Counted from the first letter of the stretch, positions 47,577 through 59,289 are shown. The stretch: DNA of 64,000 nt from Chloroflexota bacterium (GCA_025355955.1 JANXYP010000200.1:16125-80124), one strand, 5' to 3'. Notes: generated by a model not told the origin, from the sequence alone. Program-made: numbers and translations.

Positions 47577-50500
47577 TTAATCGCGCTCATCATAGGGTTC
47601 GACGCGCTGGGCCCGCTGGGGAATGGGTGCGATGTCAGGGTTGGCGGGATCCTCGTCGCGGCCACGGCGCAGGTCGCTAGGGCCATTACGTCGCCTCCCA
47701 TTGCGGGCTGGCTTGTTCTCAACAACCGCCGCCTCGCTGGTCGCGGCGGGTGCTACAGTCGGGGTTTCGCTTGAAGCTTGCGCTTCAGGCTGGTTGGCTG
47801 GCTTACGATTACGGTTGCGGGCAGGTTGGGGCCGGGTGGGGGTGGCAGCGGTTGCGGTCTCCGTTGACGCTGGTTGCGCTTCGGGCTGGGCTTTGGGCTG
47901 CGACGGACGACGGTTGCGGCTGGGCTTCTGGCGCTGGGGCGTTTCGGGGGCAATGGATTGCGCCCCTACGGTAGCGTCTGATTCGGGAACGGTGGTTGGT
48001 TCGGGTTGGATCGCTTCGGTTGCGCTAGTTGGTTCGGTGGTAGCTGCATCGGTTGCGCTAGTTGGTTCGGTGGCAGTTGCAGCGGGTTGGCGCTTGCCAC
48101 TACCGCGTCCACCGCGACCACGGCTGCGCTGCTCTGGATCCAGGGCGACCCCCCAGGCGGCGCGGGCTTCGGACAACGGTGGAGTGGTGCCATCATCGCT
48201 AACCACCGCCGCTTCCGGCACGTCGCCGCTGTCAAGCACCACGATGAAATCGCTAATCTCCTCCGGCAGCAGGTAGGTGGGCGGCTCGAACCCGGCTAGC
48301 CCTTCGCTGAGGGTCGCCTCATCAGCAGCGCGGTGGGCTGATACCATCTCTGGCACCAGGATCGCCTCATCGAACACTGAAGCAGGCAGCAGCGTCTCAT
48401 CGAGCGGGGCGGTCTGTTCGCGGCGGCGCGGGGTAGCGGGGTAGGCAAGGTGTTCGTGGCCGTGCGCGGTCAGGGCCATGGCCCGCTCGTGGGGGTCATC
48501 CATGCGGTTGAAGTGCTGCTCAATCTGGTCGGCGAAGTCGCTGATATTGCTAAGGGTGGCGGGGTCGTAGAGCATCGCACTCTGGGTCTCTGCCGCAACC
48601 TCGCGGTTGCCGCTCTCTGCTGCGGCCGGTTGCTCGGCGTAAGCGGTTTCATCCTCGTTCTCTACAGTTGGGGTGGTGGAGGTGAAGGCCAGCCAGGGGC
48701 CGTGCAACCCCTCTTCAGTTACGCCGTAATAAGCGTGGAAATTGCCAGCAGCATCGCGCTGGGCCAGGTCGTAGCGGCGCACATCGGCACGGATGGTGCT
48801 GCGCCAAAGGCCAACATCGCCCAGCCAGGTCACATCTTCAGGGCGCGGCTCGTTGTGTTCGCGCTGAGTGATGGCGTAGCGCCACAGGCGGCGGGCGGAG
48901 TGGCGGCTGACGTGATGCACCAGGTTTCCGTTACGCAAATCCTTCATCGTATGATAGATGGTGCCATCACGCTCTTCGCTGGCGACAATCTCCACGCCGG
49001 TGTGGGGTGGGTCAGTGATGCTGTCGGGGCTGGTGGTTTCGACCTCTACGCCAATAGGTTCGTCCACTTCTATGCTGCTCGGCTCATCGGTAACGAGCGC
49101 GGCGGTAGCAGCCTCGGCAGATTGGCCGGGGCTGCGCCCACGCTTACGGCGAGGGCGATGATGTGCGCCGCTTGCCTGTTCCTCGCCAATCGCGCTCTGG
49201 CGATGCTCTTCTGGATGTACGCCCCCGCTGTTGTCCGGCTCGGCTGCAATAGTGGCAGCGGCAATGCTGGGGGCAGCCAGTGCGACCAGCGCGGGTTCAA
49301 CCTGGGGCGCGGGCTGGCGCAAGCTGGTGGGCGGGCTGGCAACTGCATCAACCAACTGGCTGGCGGCGATTTGCGGCTGGGGCAGGCTGGCGGGTTGCTC
49401 CTCGCGGGGCGCGATAACGAGGCGCTCCCGCCGGGGGAAGCGACGCTCATCGCGCTCACCGCTCTGCGGTTGCTGGGTCTGTGGCTGCTGGATTTGCGCC
49501 GGGCGCGGGGCAAAGATAGTCTCACCTGCGCCGCCGGTTATCACCTCACGCATCAGTTGCACGATCTCGTCGCGCATCGCCAGATTGGTCTCGCTCTCCT
49601 GGCGGATGTAGATCTGGCTGCCTTCCAGGGCGTAGGGGCGGTCGCTGCCCTTCGGTACGTTGACCAGCACCACAGATTTGCCTTCGCTGGTGCGTAGATC
49701 CATAGTCAGGTTGAGCGCGGGGGTGATATTGCGCTGGATGTCGCCGCGCAGCACATCTATCGCCTCGGCGGGGTTGTCTACCCCACGCAATGGCAGGCTG
49801 GACAGGGGCGGCACGCCGAGGAAGATGGTGCCACCGTTGGTGTTGGCGAAGGCCACCACATCGCGGAGGATGTGGTGGCTGCTGGTACGGCGCATCGGCA
49901 GGCGGTCGTGGAACGCCTGCACCTGGTTGGGGCCAACGGTGCGGGCGGCCTTGACTGCATCGAACGGCGCTTCGCTGATCTGGCGGCTGGGGCGCACGCG
50001 GTCGAAATCGCTGCTGAACAACAGCCCCTTGAGCGCGGCGAAGCTCTGCTCCGGCAGCAGCACGTCGGTGGTGCGGTCGCCCATGCCGGGCAAACGTTGC
50101 TTCTCGTCGCGGTAGATAAGGTGGCTGTCGCTGCTCTGGATGCAGTGCATACGGCGAGGGTATTCCGGCTTGCTGCCGTTGAAGAAGTTGGGAGTGCTGC
50201 GGCGGCTGATGCTCTCCAGGTCGGTGACTTCGAGGGCGGCGAGGTTGGGGTCCTGGGTGTAGGCGATCTTGGTCTGGCCGCCGAAGTTGAAGCCGTTCAT
50301 CACGATGCCATTGGAGGAGTTAGCGTGCGCGCCGATGCAGATGCCGCCCTCGGCGGCCACGGTGCGGTAGACGTTCAGCACATCGGTGGTCGCGCCCACT
50401 TCGGGGCTGCCCAACAACATCTTTTCTTCGGTGATACCCATGCTCATCAGCAGGTATTCCAGCCGTCGCAAGCTGGTGGTGGGCGGGAAAATGCAGGTGA

Positions 50501-51653
50501 TGTGGAATCCGAAGGTGGCGCTGAACTCGAAGCCGGGCAGCACCAGTATCTTGCTGAAGATACGGCGATACTCCTCCAGTCGGTAGCGTTCGTCGGCAGT
50601 GAGGCGACCCTCGCGCTCCATCTGCTCGACGTGGGCGCGGTCGCGCATCAGATCGTCGTAGCCCGCCACGGTGTTGTGGTCGGTGAAGGCCATGATGTCT
50701 ACATGGCGTTCCTCAGCTTTCTGCAGGATACGCAGATAGCTGACGTTTGGTTCGCGGTAGCAGACGGTGCTGCGCGGGGTGTGACAGTGCAGGTCCATGC
50801 GATACCAGTACATCCCTGGGTGCATCAGCTCGACGGCGCGACGCTGCTCCTGCTCCAGCCTGAGTTCAGCGGCGGTGTAGGTGCGCGGCTCGGCGCTGGT
50901 CTCCTCCTCACCGTTGCGCCCATAGCTGCGTTCGCCGGGGCGGCGCGGGCTAATCCGTTCGCCGGGCAGGGTACGCATAGTGGGGTTGCTGTGGCTGGTA
51001 ACCGCGCGGTGGATGCGATGCTCCGGCTCGGCAGTGGGGGGGGTGCTGCGCTCTGCAGTCGAGGTTGGGGCAGCTTCTGGTGCCTGCGGGCGGGGGGTAG
51101 AGTGCGTCGCACGGGCAGGCCGGGGAGTGATGCGCTCTGGCGCAGACGCGGGCCTGGGGGTGATGCGCTCCGGCGCGGGGGTCGCTTTGGGGGTGATGCG
51201 CTCTGCTTGCGCGGGGGTCGCTTTGGGGGTAATCCGCTCTGCTTGCGCGGCGGTCGCTTTGGGAGTGATGCGCTCGGCTGGCAGTTGGCTGCTCGAGGTC
51301 GGCGCGGCGGCAATCGGCGCGACGGCAGCGGTGCTACGCTCCGGCGGCGATTGATTGCTGCTTGGTGCGGCGGGGGCGGGCGCGGGTTGGGTTAGTGTAG
51401 TGATGGGCGCGGCGGGGGCGGCTGCGCTGCCACTGGCAGCAGTAGCTGCAGCGGCGCGGGCGGCGCGTTCTGCCGCCCGCTGGGCACGCAGGTCGCGGGC
51501 AGCGCGGGTGGCGGTGGTCTCACTGACGTTGCCAGGGTCATTATTTTCCGCACTGGGGCGGGCGGTAATCTTCTCGGCGGGCAGGCTGGTTGGCGCTGCT
51601 GGGGTGGCCGCGCTACGGCGGGGGGGTCGTTTGCTCTTATCGTTGGTAGCCAT
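47577..51653 (-). CDS. PHP phosphoesterase + AlbA_2 (Schlafen-like) + unknown domain, with long low-complexity arms
   Basis: DLHCHT, TDHN, GFE..H, AH and SDSH (PHP); [18 protein letters not shown] and P.G...PY...YIR (AlbA_2). Confidence 0.8.
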   Translation of the reverse strand: MATNDKSKRPPRRSAATPAAPTSLPAEKITARPSAENNDPGNVSETTATRAARDLRAQRAAERAARAAAATAASGSAAAPAAPITTLTQPAPAPAAPSSNQSPPERSTAAVAPIAAAPTSSSQLPAERITPKATAAQAERITPKATPAQAERITPKATPAPERITPRPASAPERITPRPARATHSTPRPQAPEAAPTSTAERSTPPTAEPEHRIHRAVTSHSNPTMRTLPGERISPRRPGERSYGRNGEEETSAEPRTYTAAELRLEQEQRRAVELMHPGMYWYRMDLHCHTPRSTVCYREPNVSYLRILQKAEERHVDIMAFTDHNTVAGYDDLMRDRAHVEQMEREGRLTADERYRLEEYRRIFSKILVLPGFEFSATFGFHITCIFPPTTSLRRLEYLLMSMGITEEKMLLGSPEVGATTDVLNVYRTVAAEGGICIGAHANSSNGIVMNGFNFGGQTKIAYTQDPNLAALEVTDLESISRRSTPNFFNGSKPEYPRRMHCIQSSDSHLIYRDEKQRLPGMGDRTTDVLLPEQSFAALKGLLFSSDFDRVRPSRQISEAPFDAVKAARTVGPNQVQAFHDRLPMRRTSSHHILRDVVAFANTNGGTIFLGVPPLSSLPLRGVDNPAEAIDVLRGDIQRNITPALNLTMDLRTSEGKSVVLVNVPKGSDRPYALEGSQIYIRQESETNLAMRDEIVQLMREVITGGAGETIFAPRPAQIQQPQTQQPQSGERDERRFPRRERLVIAPREEQPASLPQPQIAASQLVDAVASPPTSLRQPAPQVEPALVALAAPSIAAATIAAEPDNSGGVHPEEHRQSAIGEEQASGAHHRPRRKRGRSPGQSAEAATAALVTDEPSSIEVDEPIGVEVETTSPDSITDPPHTGVEIVASEERDGTIYHTMKDLRNGNLVHHVSRHSARRLWRYAITQREHNEPRPEDVTWLGDVGLWRSTIRADVRRYDLAQRDAAGNFHAYYGVTEEGLHGPWLAFTSTTPTVENEDETAYAEQPAAAESGNREVAAETQSAMLYDPATLSNISDFADQIEQHFNRMDDPHERAMALTAHGHEHLAYPATPRRREQTAPLDETLLPASVFDEAILVPEMVSAHRAADEATLSEGLAGFEPPTYLLPEEISDFIVVLDSGDVPEAAVVSDDGTTPPLSEARAAWGVALDPEQRSRGRGGRGSGKRQPAATATEPTSATDAATTEPTSATEAIQPEPTTVPESDATVGAQSIAPETPQRQKPSRNRRPSQPKAQPEAQPASTETATAATPTRPQPARNRNRKPANQPEAQASSETPTVAPAATSEAAVVENKPARNGRRRNGPSDLRRGRDEDPANPDIAPIPQRAQRVEPYDERD

Positions 51654-51867
51654 GTACTGGTTGTTCTCTCTTTGGTAGTCACACCACGCGGGCGTTGCGG
51701 CCAGGTAAAGGCGCTGCGCTGATTCGCGCCGCTGCTAATGTTAGCAAAAGCGCGGGCGGGGCAGCAAGCTGGCTGTCTTAATCGCTGCGGGGCGGTAGGT
51801 TGTTAATTGTCGGTAGCGCATGAGGCCGATGGTGCGAAATCGCGTTTACCAGCGGCGGGTGGCGCGG

Positions 51868-54366
51868 TCAAACGGCGGGCTGGTCGGGCAGGCTGGGCAG
51901 CGCATCGATTGTTTCGATGGGCGGCGCGGGTTCAGCTTGCGGTACAACCTCGTCCTGGGGTGCGGCCTCGCTAGCAGCGGGCAGCAAGTCATCGGTTACT
52001 ACCTGCTCATCAGCCGCCATCACTAGCGGGCGCTCTAGCGCGGCAGCGATCACCTCGTCCATGTTTGCCACCCAGAGGAACTCAAGCTCCTGCCGCACGC
52101 GGGCGGGGATTTCGATCAGGTCGCGCTGATTCTCCTTGGGGGCGATGATGCGCTTGATGCCGTTGCGGTGGGCGGCCAGCACTTTCTCCTTGAGGCCGCC
52201 AATCGCCAGCACTCGCCCACGTAGGGTAATCTCGCCGGTCATCGCGGTGTCGGCTCGCACCGGCTGCTGGGTCAACGCGCTGATTACTGCGGTCGCCATG
52301 GTGATGCCTGCGCTCGGCCCATCCTTGGGGATAGCCCCTTCCGGCAGGTGGATGTGCAGGTCGGTGGTGGCCTGGAAGTCGGGGTCTATGTGCAACTGTA
52401 CGGCCCGACTGCGAGCGTAACTGAGCGCCGCCCGTGCCGACTCCTGCATCACATCGCCCAACCGCCCGGTGATGGTCAGGCTGCCTCGCCCCGGCATGGT
52501 AGCGACTTCCACTGGCAGCACTTCGCCGCCCACTTCAGTCCAGGCCAGGCCGGTCACTACGCCAACCTGGTTTAGCTTGCTCAGGCTACTGTCTGCGTTG
52601 TAGCGGGCGGGGCCGAGGTAGCTCTCCAGATTGTTGAGGGTGATACGCACCCGCGTGCTACGCCCGCCCACCAGTTGCCGCGCCGCCTTGCGGCAGATTG
52701 CCGCCAGCTTGCGCTCCAGGTCGCGTACGCCCGCCTCGCGGGTGTACTGCTGGATGATGGCACGGTACACCTTGTCCGGTATCTCGATGTAGCCGCGGGC
52801 CAGGCCATGCCCCTCCAACTCGCGGGCAAGCAGGTAACGGCGGGCGATCTGCACCTTTTCATCCTCGGTGTAGCCGCTCAGTTCGATTATCTCCATCCGA
52901 TCGCGCAGCGGCTTGGGGATGTTGCCAAGATAGTTGGCGGTAGTGATGAACAGTGTCTGCGACAGGTCGAATGGCAGGTCGATGTAATGGTCTACGAAGG
53001 TGCCGTTCTGGGCCGGGTCGAGAACTTCGAGCAGCGCCGAGGTGGGATCGCCGCGCTGGTCGCTGGTCAGCTTGTCAATCTCGTCGAGCAGCATCACCGG
53101 GTTGCGCGAACCGCCCTGCTTGATGCCCTGGATGATGCGCCCCGGCATAGCGCCGACATAGGTGCGGCGATGACCGCGTATCTCCGCCTCGTCGTGTATG
53201 CCGCCGAGCGAGATGCGGACGAACTTGCGGCTCATTGCCCGCGCAATGCTCTGACCCAGGCTGGTCTTGCCCACCCCCGGTGGGCCAGCGAAGCATAGCA
53301 CCTGGGCCATGGTCTTGTGGCCGCCACCCCGCGCCACCAGTTGGCGCACCGCTAGAAACTCGATGATGCGCTCCTTAATGCGCTCCAGCCCGTAGTGATC
53401 GGCATCTAGCACTTCCTCGGCGATAAGGATGTCGTCGCAGTCCTCAGTCTGCTCAGTCCAGGGTAGAGACAAGAGCCAATCTATGTAGGTGCGAGCCACG
53501 CTAGCCTCCGGCGCGGCAGCGGTCATGCGCTCCAGGCGACTCAGTTCCTTGAGTAGCTTGGCGTTGATTTCCTCCGGTAGGTTGCGCTCGACGACTTTCT
53601 GGCGCAGTTCGGCAATCTCATTGCCGCCTTCACCGGATAGCTCGTCGTGGATGGCCTTCAGTTGTTCGCGCAGGTAAAACTCGCGCTGGTTCTTGTCAAT
53701 CTGGCTACGCACTTTGGCGCGGATGCGCTCGTCGATCTGCAAGACATCGAGTTCGCCTGCGATGATCACGCCAACCCGCTCCAACCGCACAATCTGGTCG
53801 GTTAGCACCAGCAGTTGCTGGCGCTGCGCCGCGTCGCTAACTACGTGAGCGGCCACCACATCGGCAAGCTGACCTGCGTCGCTAATGTGGCGAGCGGTAT
53901 CCAGCACATCGGCTGGTACCCGCTGGTTTAGCCGCCCGAAGTCGGTGAACAGCCCTAGCACGTGACGAATCAACGCCTCGCTGGCTGCACCCTCGCTGCC
54001 CTGCTCGGCCATCGCTGCCACCTCGACATCATAAAGCCAGTCGGTTGCGATGTATCGCATGACTCGAACGCGGCGCAGCCCCTCGACAATAACCTGGTAG
54101 TTACCGTCGGGTTGACGCTGATAGCTGGTCACTTCGATGAGCGTGCCGACTTCGTAGAGGTCGTCGGGGATTGGCTCTTCGCTGCTGGTGTTGCGCTGGG
54201 TCATCACCACCAGACGCTTGTTGTCGGCGAGGGCGTGTTCCAATGCCCGCAGTGAGCGCGGACGACCAACCATCAGGGTGACAATGGTGTGGGGGAAGAT
54301 GACGACATTTTTGAGCGGCAACAGAGGATAGGCATCGTAGCCTGGGTCTGGGGTGGTATCGTTCAT
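51868..54366 (-). CDS. lon: ATP-dependent Lon protease
   Basis: [36 protein letters not shown] and IGGLKEK. Confidence 0.96.
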   Translation of the reverse strand: MNDTTPDPGYDAYPLLPLKNVVIFPHTIVTLMVGRPRSLRALEHALADNKRLVVMTQRNTSSEEPIPDDLYEVGTLIEVTSYQRQPDGNYQVIVEGLRRVRVMRYIATDWLYDVEVAAMAEQGSEGAASEALIRHVLGLFTDFGRLNQRVPADVLDTARHISDAGQLADVVAAHVVSDAAQRQQLLVLTDQIVRLERVGVIIAGELDVLQIDERIRAKVRSQIDKNQREFYLREQLKAIHDELSGEGGNEIAELRQKVVERNLPEEINAKLLKELSRLERMTAAAPEASVARTYIDWLLSLPWTEQTEDCDDILIAEEVLDADHYGLERIKERIIEFLAVRQLVARGGGHKTMAQVLCFAGPPGVGKTSLGQSIARAMSRKFVRISLGGIHDEAEIRGHRRTYVGAMPGRIIQGIKQGGSRNPVMLLDEIDKLTSDQRGDPTSALLEVLDPAQNGTFVDHYIDLPFDLSQTLFITTANYLGNIPKPLRDRMEIIELSGYTEDEKVQIARRYLLARELEGHGLARGYIEIPDKVYRAIIQQYTREAGVRDLERKLAAICRKAARQLVGGRSTRVRITLNNLESYLGPARYNADSSLSKLNQVGVVTGLAWTEVGGEVLPVEVATMPGRGSLTITGRLGDVMQESARAALSYARSRAVQLHIDPDFQATTDLHIHLPEGAIPKDGPSAGITMATAVISALTQQPVRADTAMTGEITLRGRVLAIGGLKEKVLAAHRNGIKRIIAPKENQRDLIEIPARVRQELEFLWVANMDEVIAAALERPLVMAADEQVVTDDLLPAASEAAPQDEVVPQAEPAPPIETIDALPSLPDQPAV

Positions 54367-54488
54367 GGCCTTATCATCGTTCAAGGAAATCGTCTTTCCA
54401 GCTCCTGCAAGTCTGCAACCGTCTACGCTTGCCTGTAAAGGATTATAACACATATATCCTACATAGGCAAGCGGTTATACAAATCGCA

Positions 54489-55790
54489 TCATTTGGCCGG
54501 GTGCATCAGCGTAGCGTAGGTGATGCGATAGACCGTGCCGTCGCCGTTATCACGGCTGACGTAGAGCGCACCGTCGGGGCCGACCGCCAGGCCAGCGGGC
54601 CGCCAGATGGCATCGGGTGGGGGGAAACTGGAGGGCAACGCGCCAACCGCAAGGTCGATGGTGGGCGGATTCCAGTGGTGGCCGGAGTGGGAGGCAAAGG
54701 CGGGAATGTAGACCACCTTGTAGCCAGTCGGTACGGTGCGATTGTAGGAGCCGTGGAAGGCAACGAAGAAGCCTTGCTTCCAACTGTCGGGGAAGGCCAC
54801 GTTGGTGTTCTGCGAGAAGGCCAGGCCGAGCGGCGCGCTGTGCGCCTGCATCATTACCACCGGCTGCACCATCCCGCTCGAGCAGTAATCGGGGCGTGGC
54901 GGAGAAACACGGGGATCGGGAGTGCCATCACCATAGCAGTAGGGCCAGCCGTAGTATTGATGCTCTTGTATCAGATTGACCTCTTCGGGCGGCGCATTGT
55001 CGCTCAGGTCATCGGCACCATTCTCCACTGACCATAGTTCGCTGGTGCCGGGGCGGAAGGCAAGGCCGACATCGTTGCGTAGCCCGCTGGCGTAAGTCTC
55101 GAACTGGCCGTTGAAGAAGCGAGATATCGCGGCGCGACGGGGGTCGGTTTCGATGCAGACATTGCACGACGCGCCGATTGAGATGTACATCGCGCCGTCC
55201 GGTCCGTGGATCAGCGTGCGGGTGTAGTGGCCGCCACCGGAGGGCAACCCGCTGACCAAAGTCGTCGGGTTGGAGGGACCGCTGTCGCAGGTGGCCTGAT
55301 CGAAGCGGTCGACCTCGGTGCGCGAGGCGACGTAATATTGGCCGTTATAATACTCGATGCTGTTCACCGGGTCGGCCATGCCGGTGTTGAACTGGATCAC
55401 GCTGTCGGCCACGCCATCGTGGTTGCGATCGGGCAGGCGGGTGGTATAGGTAAACATACTACCGGCGAACAGGTCGCCACACGCGCCGAAGGTGAGCAGC
55501 CGCGCCGAGCCGAGGCCCGCCGCGAACACGCTGATGCCGAAACCAACCGGCATGGTAATCACCGTCGGCCCGTTGTAGACACTGCGATATTGCGGCGGCA
55601 CCACCACCGTCACCGCCTGCATCGGCGGCTGGGTAAAGGCCGCGTCCATCCCCGCCTGCCCCGCTGCGCCTGCATCCGCACCGGAGGTGGGGTTAGCGGC
55701 AGGCTGGCTCAAGTCGCAAGCCTGGATCAACAGCAAGCAGGTGCAGGCGACGGATGCAAGAGCGGCAAGTCTGAAGCGGCGGTAGGACAT
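54489..55790 (-). CDS. PQQ-dependent sugar/sorbosone dehydrogenase family lipoprotein
   Basis: H.TR...GPDG, GASCNVC.E, GLRN, YGWPYC, HSAPLG and HGSYNR; GGAGG RBS at ATG 55790. Confidence 0.88.
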   Translation of the reverse strand: MSYRRFRLAALASVACTCLLLIQACDLSQPAANPTSGADAGAAGQAGMDAAFTQPPMQAVTVVVPPQYRSVYNGPTVITMPVGFGISVFAAGLGSARLLTFGACGDLFAGSMFTYTTRLPDRNHDGVADSVIQFNTGMADPVNSIEYYNGQYYVASRTEVDRFDQATCDSGPSNPTTLVSGLPSGGGHYTRTLIHGPDGAMYISIGASCNVCIETDPRRAAISRFFNGQFETYASGLRNDVGLAFRPGTSELWSVENGADDLSDNAPPEEVNLIQEHQYYGWPYCYGDGTPDPRVSPPRPDYCSSGMVQPVVMMQAHSAPLGLAFSQNTNVAFPDSWKQGFFVAFHGSYNRTVPTGYKVVYIPAFASHSGHHWNPPTIDLAVGALPSSFPPPDAIWRPAGLAVGPDGALYVSRDNGDGTVYRITYATLMHPAK

Positions 55791-55924
55791 GACGGACCTC
55801 CGAGAAGGTAGCAGGTAGTGGGTAGAAGGTAGAATGTGGTGGCTGGCTGGTGAAGTATCGATGCCTCTATTATAGCGACAAGTGGGGGTGTGGGCAAGAG
55901 GGTGCAATCCATCAAGCTCTTTGC

Positions 55925-55954
55925 TTGACAAACGGGTACGCAGTTTGCTATAAC
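55925..55954 (+). promoter_or_regulatory. Promoter of the hppD operon
   Basis: TTGACA-18-TATAAC with extended TG. Confidence 0.55.
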
Positions 55955-56095
55955 ATATGTGAGAGTGCAGGCGCGCTGAATCCGCGCCGCTACAAAGCAG
56001 GCTTATCCAACGCGACAGATATAGCATGACCAATCACGCCACAATCCGAAATCCAAAATCCGAAATCCAAAATCGAAAGATCGGAGAACACATCA

Positions 56096-57238
56096 ATGGC
56101 GATGACAATACCGCGCCCCCTTAGCAGGAAGGAACGCCGCGCCGAGCAGGAGGATTTCTTCCCCATTCAGCGCCTCGATTACGTTGAGTTCTATGTGGGC
56201 AACGCCCGCCAGGCGGTTCACTATTATCAGAGCGGCTTCGGCTTCAACCTGATCGGCTATCTAGGCCCCGAAACAGGCGTGCGCGACCGCAGCAGCTACC
56301 TGTTGGAGCAGGGTCAGATTCGCTTCATCTTCACCACCCCCCTCTTCCCTGAAGGGCCAATTGCCGAACACATTCACAAACACGGCGACGGCGTGCGCGA
56401 CATCGCCTTCCAGGTGCCAGATGCGGCCAGCGCCTATGCGGCAGCCACCGAGCGTGGCGCAGCTTCGGAAGCGGAGCCGACCACTGTGCGCGACAACAAT
56501 GGCAGCTTCACCCGCGCCGCCATCCGCGCCTACGGCGATACCATCCACAGTATCATCCAGCGCAACGACTATCATCCCCACTTCCTGCCCGGCTTCCGCC
56601 CCGCCCATGATACTTTTGAGATTAAGCCGACTGGCATCAAGGCGGTAGACCACATGGTTGCCAACGTCGAACTGGGCAAGATGGATGATTGGGTCAACTT
56701 CTACGCCAATATGCTCGGCTTCCAGAACACCCTTCACTTCGACGACAAGACCATCAACACCGAGTACAGCGCGCTGATGAGCAAAGTGATGGAAAACGGC
56801 AACGGGCGGGTCAAGTTCCCCATCAACGAACCAGCAGCGGGCCGCAAGAAGAGCCAGATCCAAGAATATCTCGACTACTACATCGGACCCGGCGTGCAGC
56901 ACATTGCCCTCGCCACCGCCGACATCGTTGCCACCGTGCGCGACATGACCAGTCGCGGCGTGGAGTTCATGCCCACCCCGCACAGCTACTACGAGGCACT
57001 ACCGGAGCGCATCGGTGAGATCAAAGAGAGCTACAACACCCTGGAAGAACTCAGCATCCTGGCAGATCGCGACGATGAGGGCTATCTGCTGCAGATCTTC
57101 ACCCGCCCGGTCGAGGATCGGCCCACTGTCTTCTACGAGATCATCGAGCGGCATGGCGCACGCGGCTTCGGCGCAGGCAACTTCAAGGCGCTGTTCGAAG
57201 CGATCGAGCGCGAACAAGAGGCACGCGGCAACCTTTAA
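56096..57238 (+). CDS. hppD: 4-hydroxyphenylpyruvate dioxygenase
   Basis: VDH.V.N, PINEP, GVQHIAL, LLQIFT and GFGAGNFKALFEAIE. Confidence 0.96.
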   Translation: MAMTIPRPLSRKERRAEQEDFFPIQRLDYVEFYVGNARQAVHYYQSGFGFNLIGYLGPETGVRDRSSYLLEQGQIRFIFTTPLFPEGPIAEHIHKHGDGVRDIAFQVPDAASAYAAATERGAASEAEPTTVRDNNGSFTRAAIRAYGDTIHSIIQRNDYHPHFLPGFRPAHDTFEIKPTGIKAVDHMVANVELGKMDDWVNFYANMLGFQNTLHFDDKTINTEYSALMSKVMENGNGRVKFPINEPAAGRKKSQIQEYLDYYIGPGVQHIALATADIVATVRDMTSRGVEFMPTPHSYYEALPERIGEIKESYNTLEELSILADRDDEGYLLQIFTRPVEDRPTVFYEIIERHGARGFGAGNFKALFEAIEREQEARGNL

Positions 57239-58305
57239 TGAAACTAGTTAGTTATACAGTAGATCTGCCCGGCACGTTTGGGCCGCAAGGCAAGCTGGCC
57301 GCACTGGTGACGTTGGGCGGTGAGCAGCGCTTGCTGCCGCTGGCTGCCCTGAGCAACTGGGCGATCCATAACGTCGCGCCCGATGAGCTGCGTGATCGTA
57401 GCATCGCCGCGTTCGCCCCGCCCGTTACCATGCTCGACCTGCTGGATCGCGGCTACGGCGTGACCATCGAGGGCCAGCCCGACCTGATGCCCGACTTCGA
57501 CCCCCTCGCTGATGTGCGCGCCCTGCTGGGGCTGCACGCCGACCTGTCCGCCAGCGACCCGACTCTCGCCCGCCAACTAACCATCGCGTCCGGCATGGTG
57601 CGGCTGCTAGCGCCACTGCCCCGCCCCCGCAGCGTGCGCGACTTCTACGCCTTCGAGCAGCACGTACGCACCGCCCGCGCCCAGCGGGGGCAGGAGGTCG
57701 CGGCGGAGTGGTATGAGATTCCGGTTTTTTACTTCTCCAACCACAACGCCATCATCGGACCGGAGCAGCCAGTGCATGGCCCGATTGATAGCGACGAGCT
57801 TGACTACGAGCTAGAAATCGCCTGCGTCATCGCCAGACCGGGGCGCGACATCGCCCCAGAAGATGCGGCTAGCTTCATCGCGGGCTACACCATCATGAAC
57901 GACTGGAGCGCCCGCGACCTGCAACGCCGTGAGATGCGCGTCGGCCTCGGTCCAGCCAAGGGCAAGGACTTCGCCACCAGCCTCGGCCCCATGCTGGTTA
58001 CGCCTGACGAACTGGAGTCGCGCAAGGTTGGCGACGGGATATATGACCTGGCAATGACCGCCCGCGTGAATGGCGAGGAGCGCAGTCGCGGCAACCTGAA
58101 GGACATCCACTACAGCTTCGCGCAGCTAATCGCCCAGGCTAGCCGCGATGCCTGGCTCTACCCCGGCGACGTAATCGGCAGCGGCACGGTTGGCACTGGC
58201 TGCTTGCTGGAACTGACCGCAGGCAAAGGGCCGTATCTGCAGTCCGGCGATCAGGTCGAGCTTGAGGTAGAGTGCCTCGGCACGCTACGCAATCAAGTAA
58301 CCTGA
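57238..58305 (+). CDS. fahA: Fumarylacetoacetate hydrolase family protein
   Basis: RDFYAFE.H, LDYELE, NDWSARD.Q, KGKDF and GSGT; overlaps the hppD stop. Confidence 0.85.
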   Translation: MKLVSYTVDLPGTFGPQGKLAALVTLGGEQRLLPLAALSNWAIHNVAPDELRDRSIAAFAPPVTMLDLLDRGYGVTIEGQPDLMPDFDPLADVRALLGLHADLSASDPTLARQLTIASGMVRLLAPLPRPRSVRDFYAFEQHVRTARAQRGQEVAAEWYEIPVFYFSNHNAIIGPEQPVHGPIDSDELDYELEIACVIARPGRDIAPEDAASFIAGYTIMNDWSARDLQRREMRVGLGPAKGKDFATSLGPMLVTPDELESRKVGDGIYDLAMTARVNGEERSRGNLKDIHYSFAQLIAQASRDAWLYPGDVIGSGTVGTGCLLELTAGKGPYLQSGDQVELEVECLGTLRNQVT

Positions 58306-58358
58306 CACCCATATACCTGAAAGTTGGGGTGAGCGTTGGGTGCCAACGCAGGAATAAT

Positions 58359-58432
58359 GCAAAAAGCCCCCAGCGGGGGTTGGGGGAATGCCACCTCGCC
58401 GCAAAAAGCCCCCAGTGGGGGTTGGGGGAGAA
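58359..58432. repeat. Family D repeat x2 (GCAAAAAGCCCCCAG.GGGGGTTGGGGGA)
   Basis: Same motif on the opposite strand at 62528-62558 and 62603-62633. Confidence 0.8.
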
Positions 58433-58464
58433 ATCCCGAAGCTACAACCACGCTCATTGTAATA

Positions 58465-58552
58465 CCAATTAGCCGAGCAGATGGTATAAATTGGGCCAGG
58501 GCGAACAACGGTTCGCCCCTACAGAAATTATAGCGTCACCAAGGCTAATTGG
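58465..58552. mobile_element. MITE-B copy flanked by TA
   Basis: 88 bp, near-identical to 2383-2470. Confidence 0.85.
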
Positions 58553-58579
58553 TATAACTATTTACCCAGAGACGCGAAC

Positions 58580-59059
58580 ATGACCGCCATCGCAATTCAA
58601 ACTACCATCCGTCCCGCCCGCCCCGATGAGGCAGCATACCTTACCGAACTAACGATGCGCTCCAAAGCGCACTGGGGCTACGATGCCGACTTCCTGGCCG
58701 CCTGCCGCCCCGGCCTAACTATAACGGCGGACTACATCGCTAGCCACCCTGTCTACGTTGCCGATGACGATGGCACAATAATTGGCTTTTATAGTCTAGC
58801 CGAGGAGATACCAGGTCAGCAGGTCGAGCTAGACTTCCTGTTCATCGCGCCAGAGGCAATCGGCAAAGGAGCGGGCAAGCGGCTCTGGCAGCACGCTGTC
58901 ACCAACGCCCGTCGACATGGCTACTGCCTGATGAGCATCGTTGCCGACCCCAATGCCGAAGCGTTCTATCGGCACATGGGCGCGGTAACAGTAGGCGTGG
59001 TGCTGTCGGAGGCCAAAGTAGGGCGCACACTGCCGCTGCTGCACTTCTCATTGTTATAA
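58580..59059 (+). CDS. GNAT family acetyltransferase
   Basis: IRPA.P, SKAHWGY, LFI.P..IGKG.GK.L and ADPNAE.FY..MG. Confidence 0.9.
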   Translation: MTAIAIQTTIRPARPDEAAYLTELTMRSKAHWGYDADFLAACRPGLTITADYIASHPVYVADDDGTIIGFYSLAEEIPGQQVELDFLFIAPEAIGKGAGKRLWQHAVTNARRHGYCLMSIVADPNAEAFYRHMGAVTVGVVLSEAKVGRTLPLLHFSLL

Positions 59060-59070
59060 GGGGGGTTATA

Positions 59071-59229
59071 ATGCGTTTCAAAGTTGTACTCGAGCCAGAC
59101 AAAAACGGCTACACTATCTACGTCCCTGCGCTACCTGGCTGTATTAGCGAGGGTAAGACCGAGGCGTAGGCGCTTACTAACATCCAAGAGGCTATCGAAC
59201 TTTATTTGGAGCCTGTAGAGGAAGATTAG
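59071..59229 (+). pseudogene. hicB: HicB-family antitoxin pseudogene (internal TAG)
   Basis: MRFKVVLEPDKNGYTIYVPALPGCISEGKTEA*ALTNIQEAIELYLEPVEED*; TAG at 59167-59169 where Glu is expected. Confidence 0.8.
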
Positions 59230-59289
59230 CAGAAAGCGCCAATCTGCAATCTGCAATCTGCAATCTACAATCAGGAAAGAGGGGCAACG

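Noticed and set aside
27995..51395. Long antisense ORFs (27995-29008, 41186-42616, 48450-49697, 49872-51395)
   Set aside because: They are shadows of high-GC genes on the opposite strand, with no recognisable motifs.
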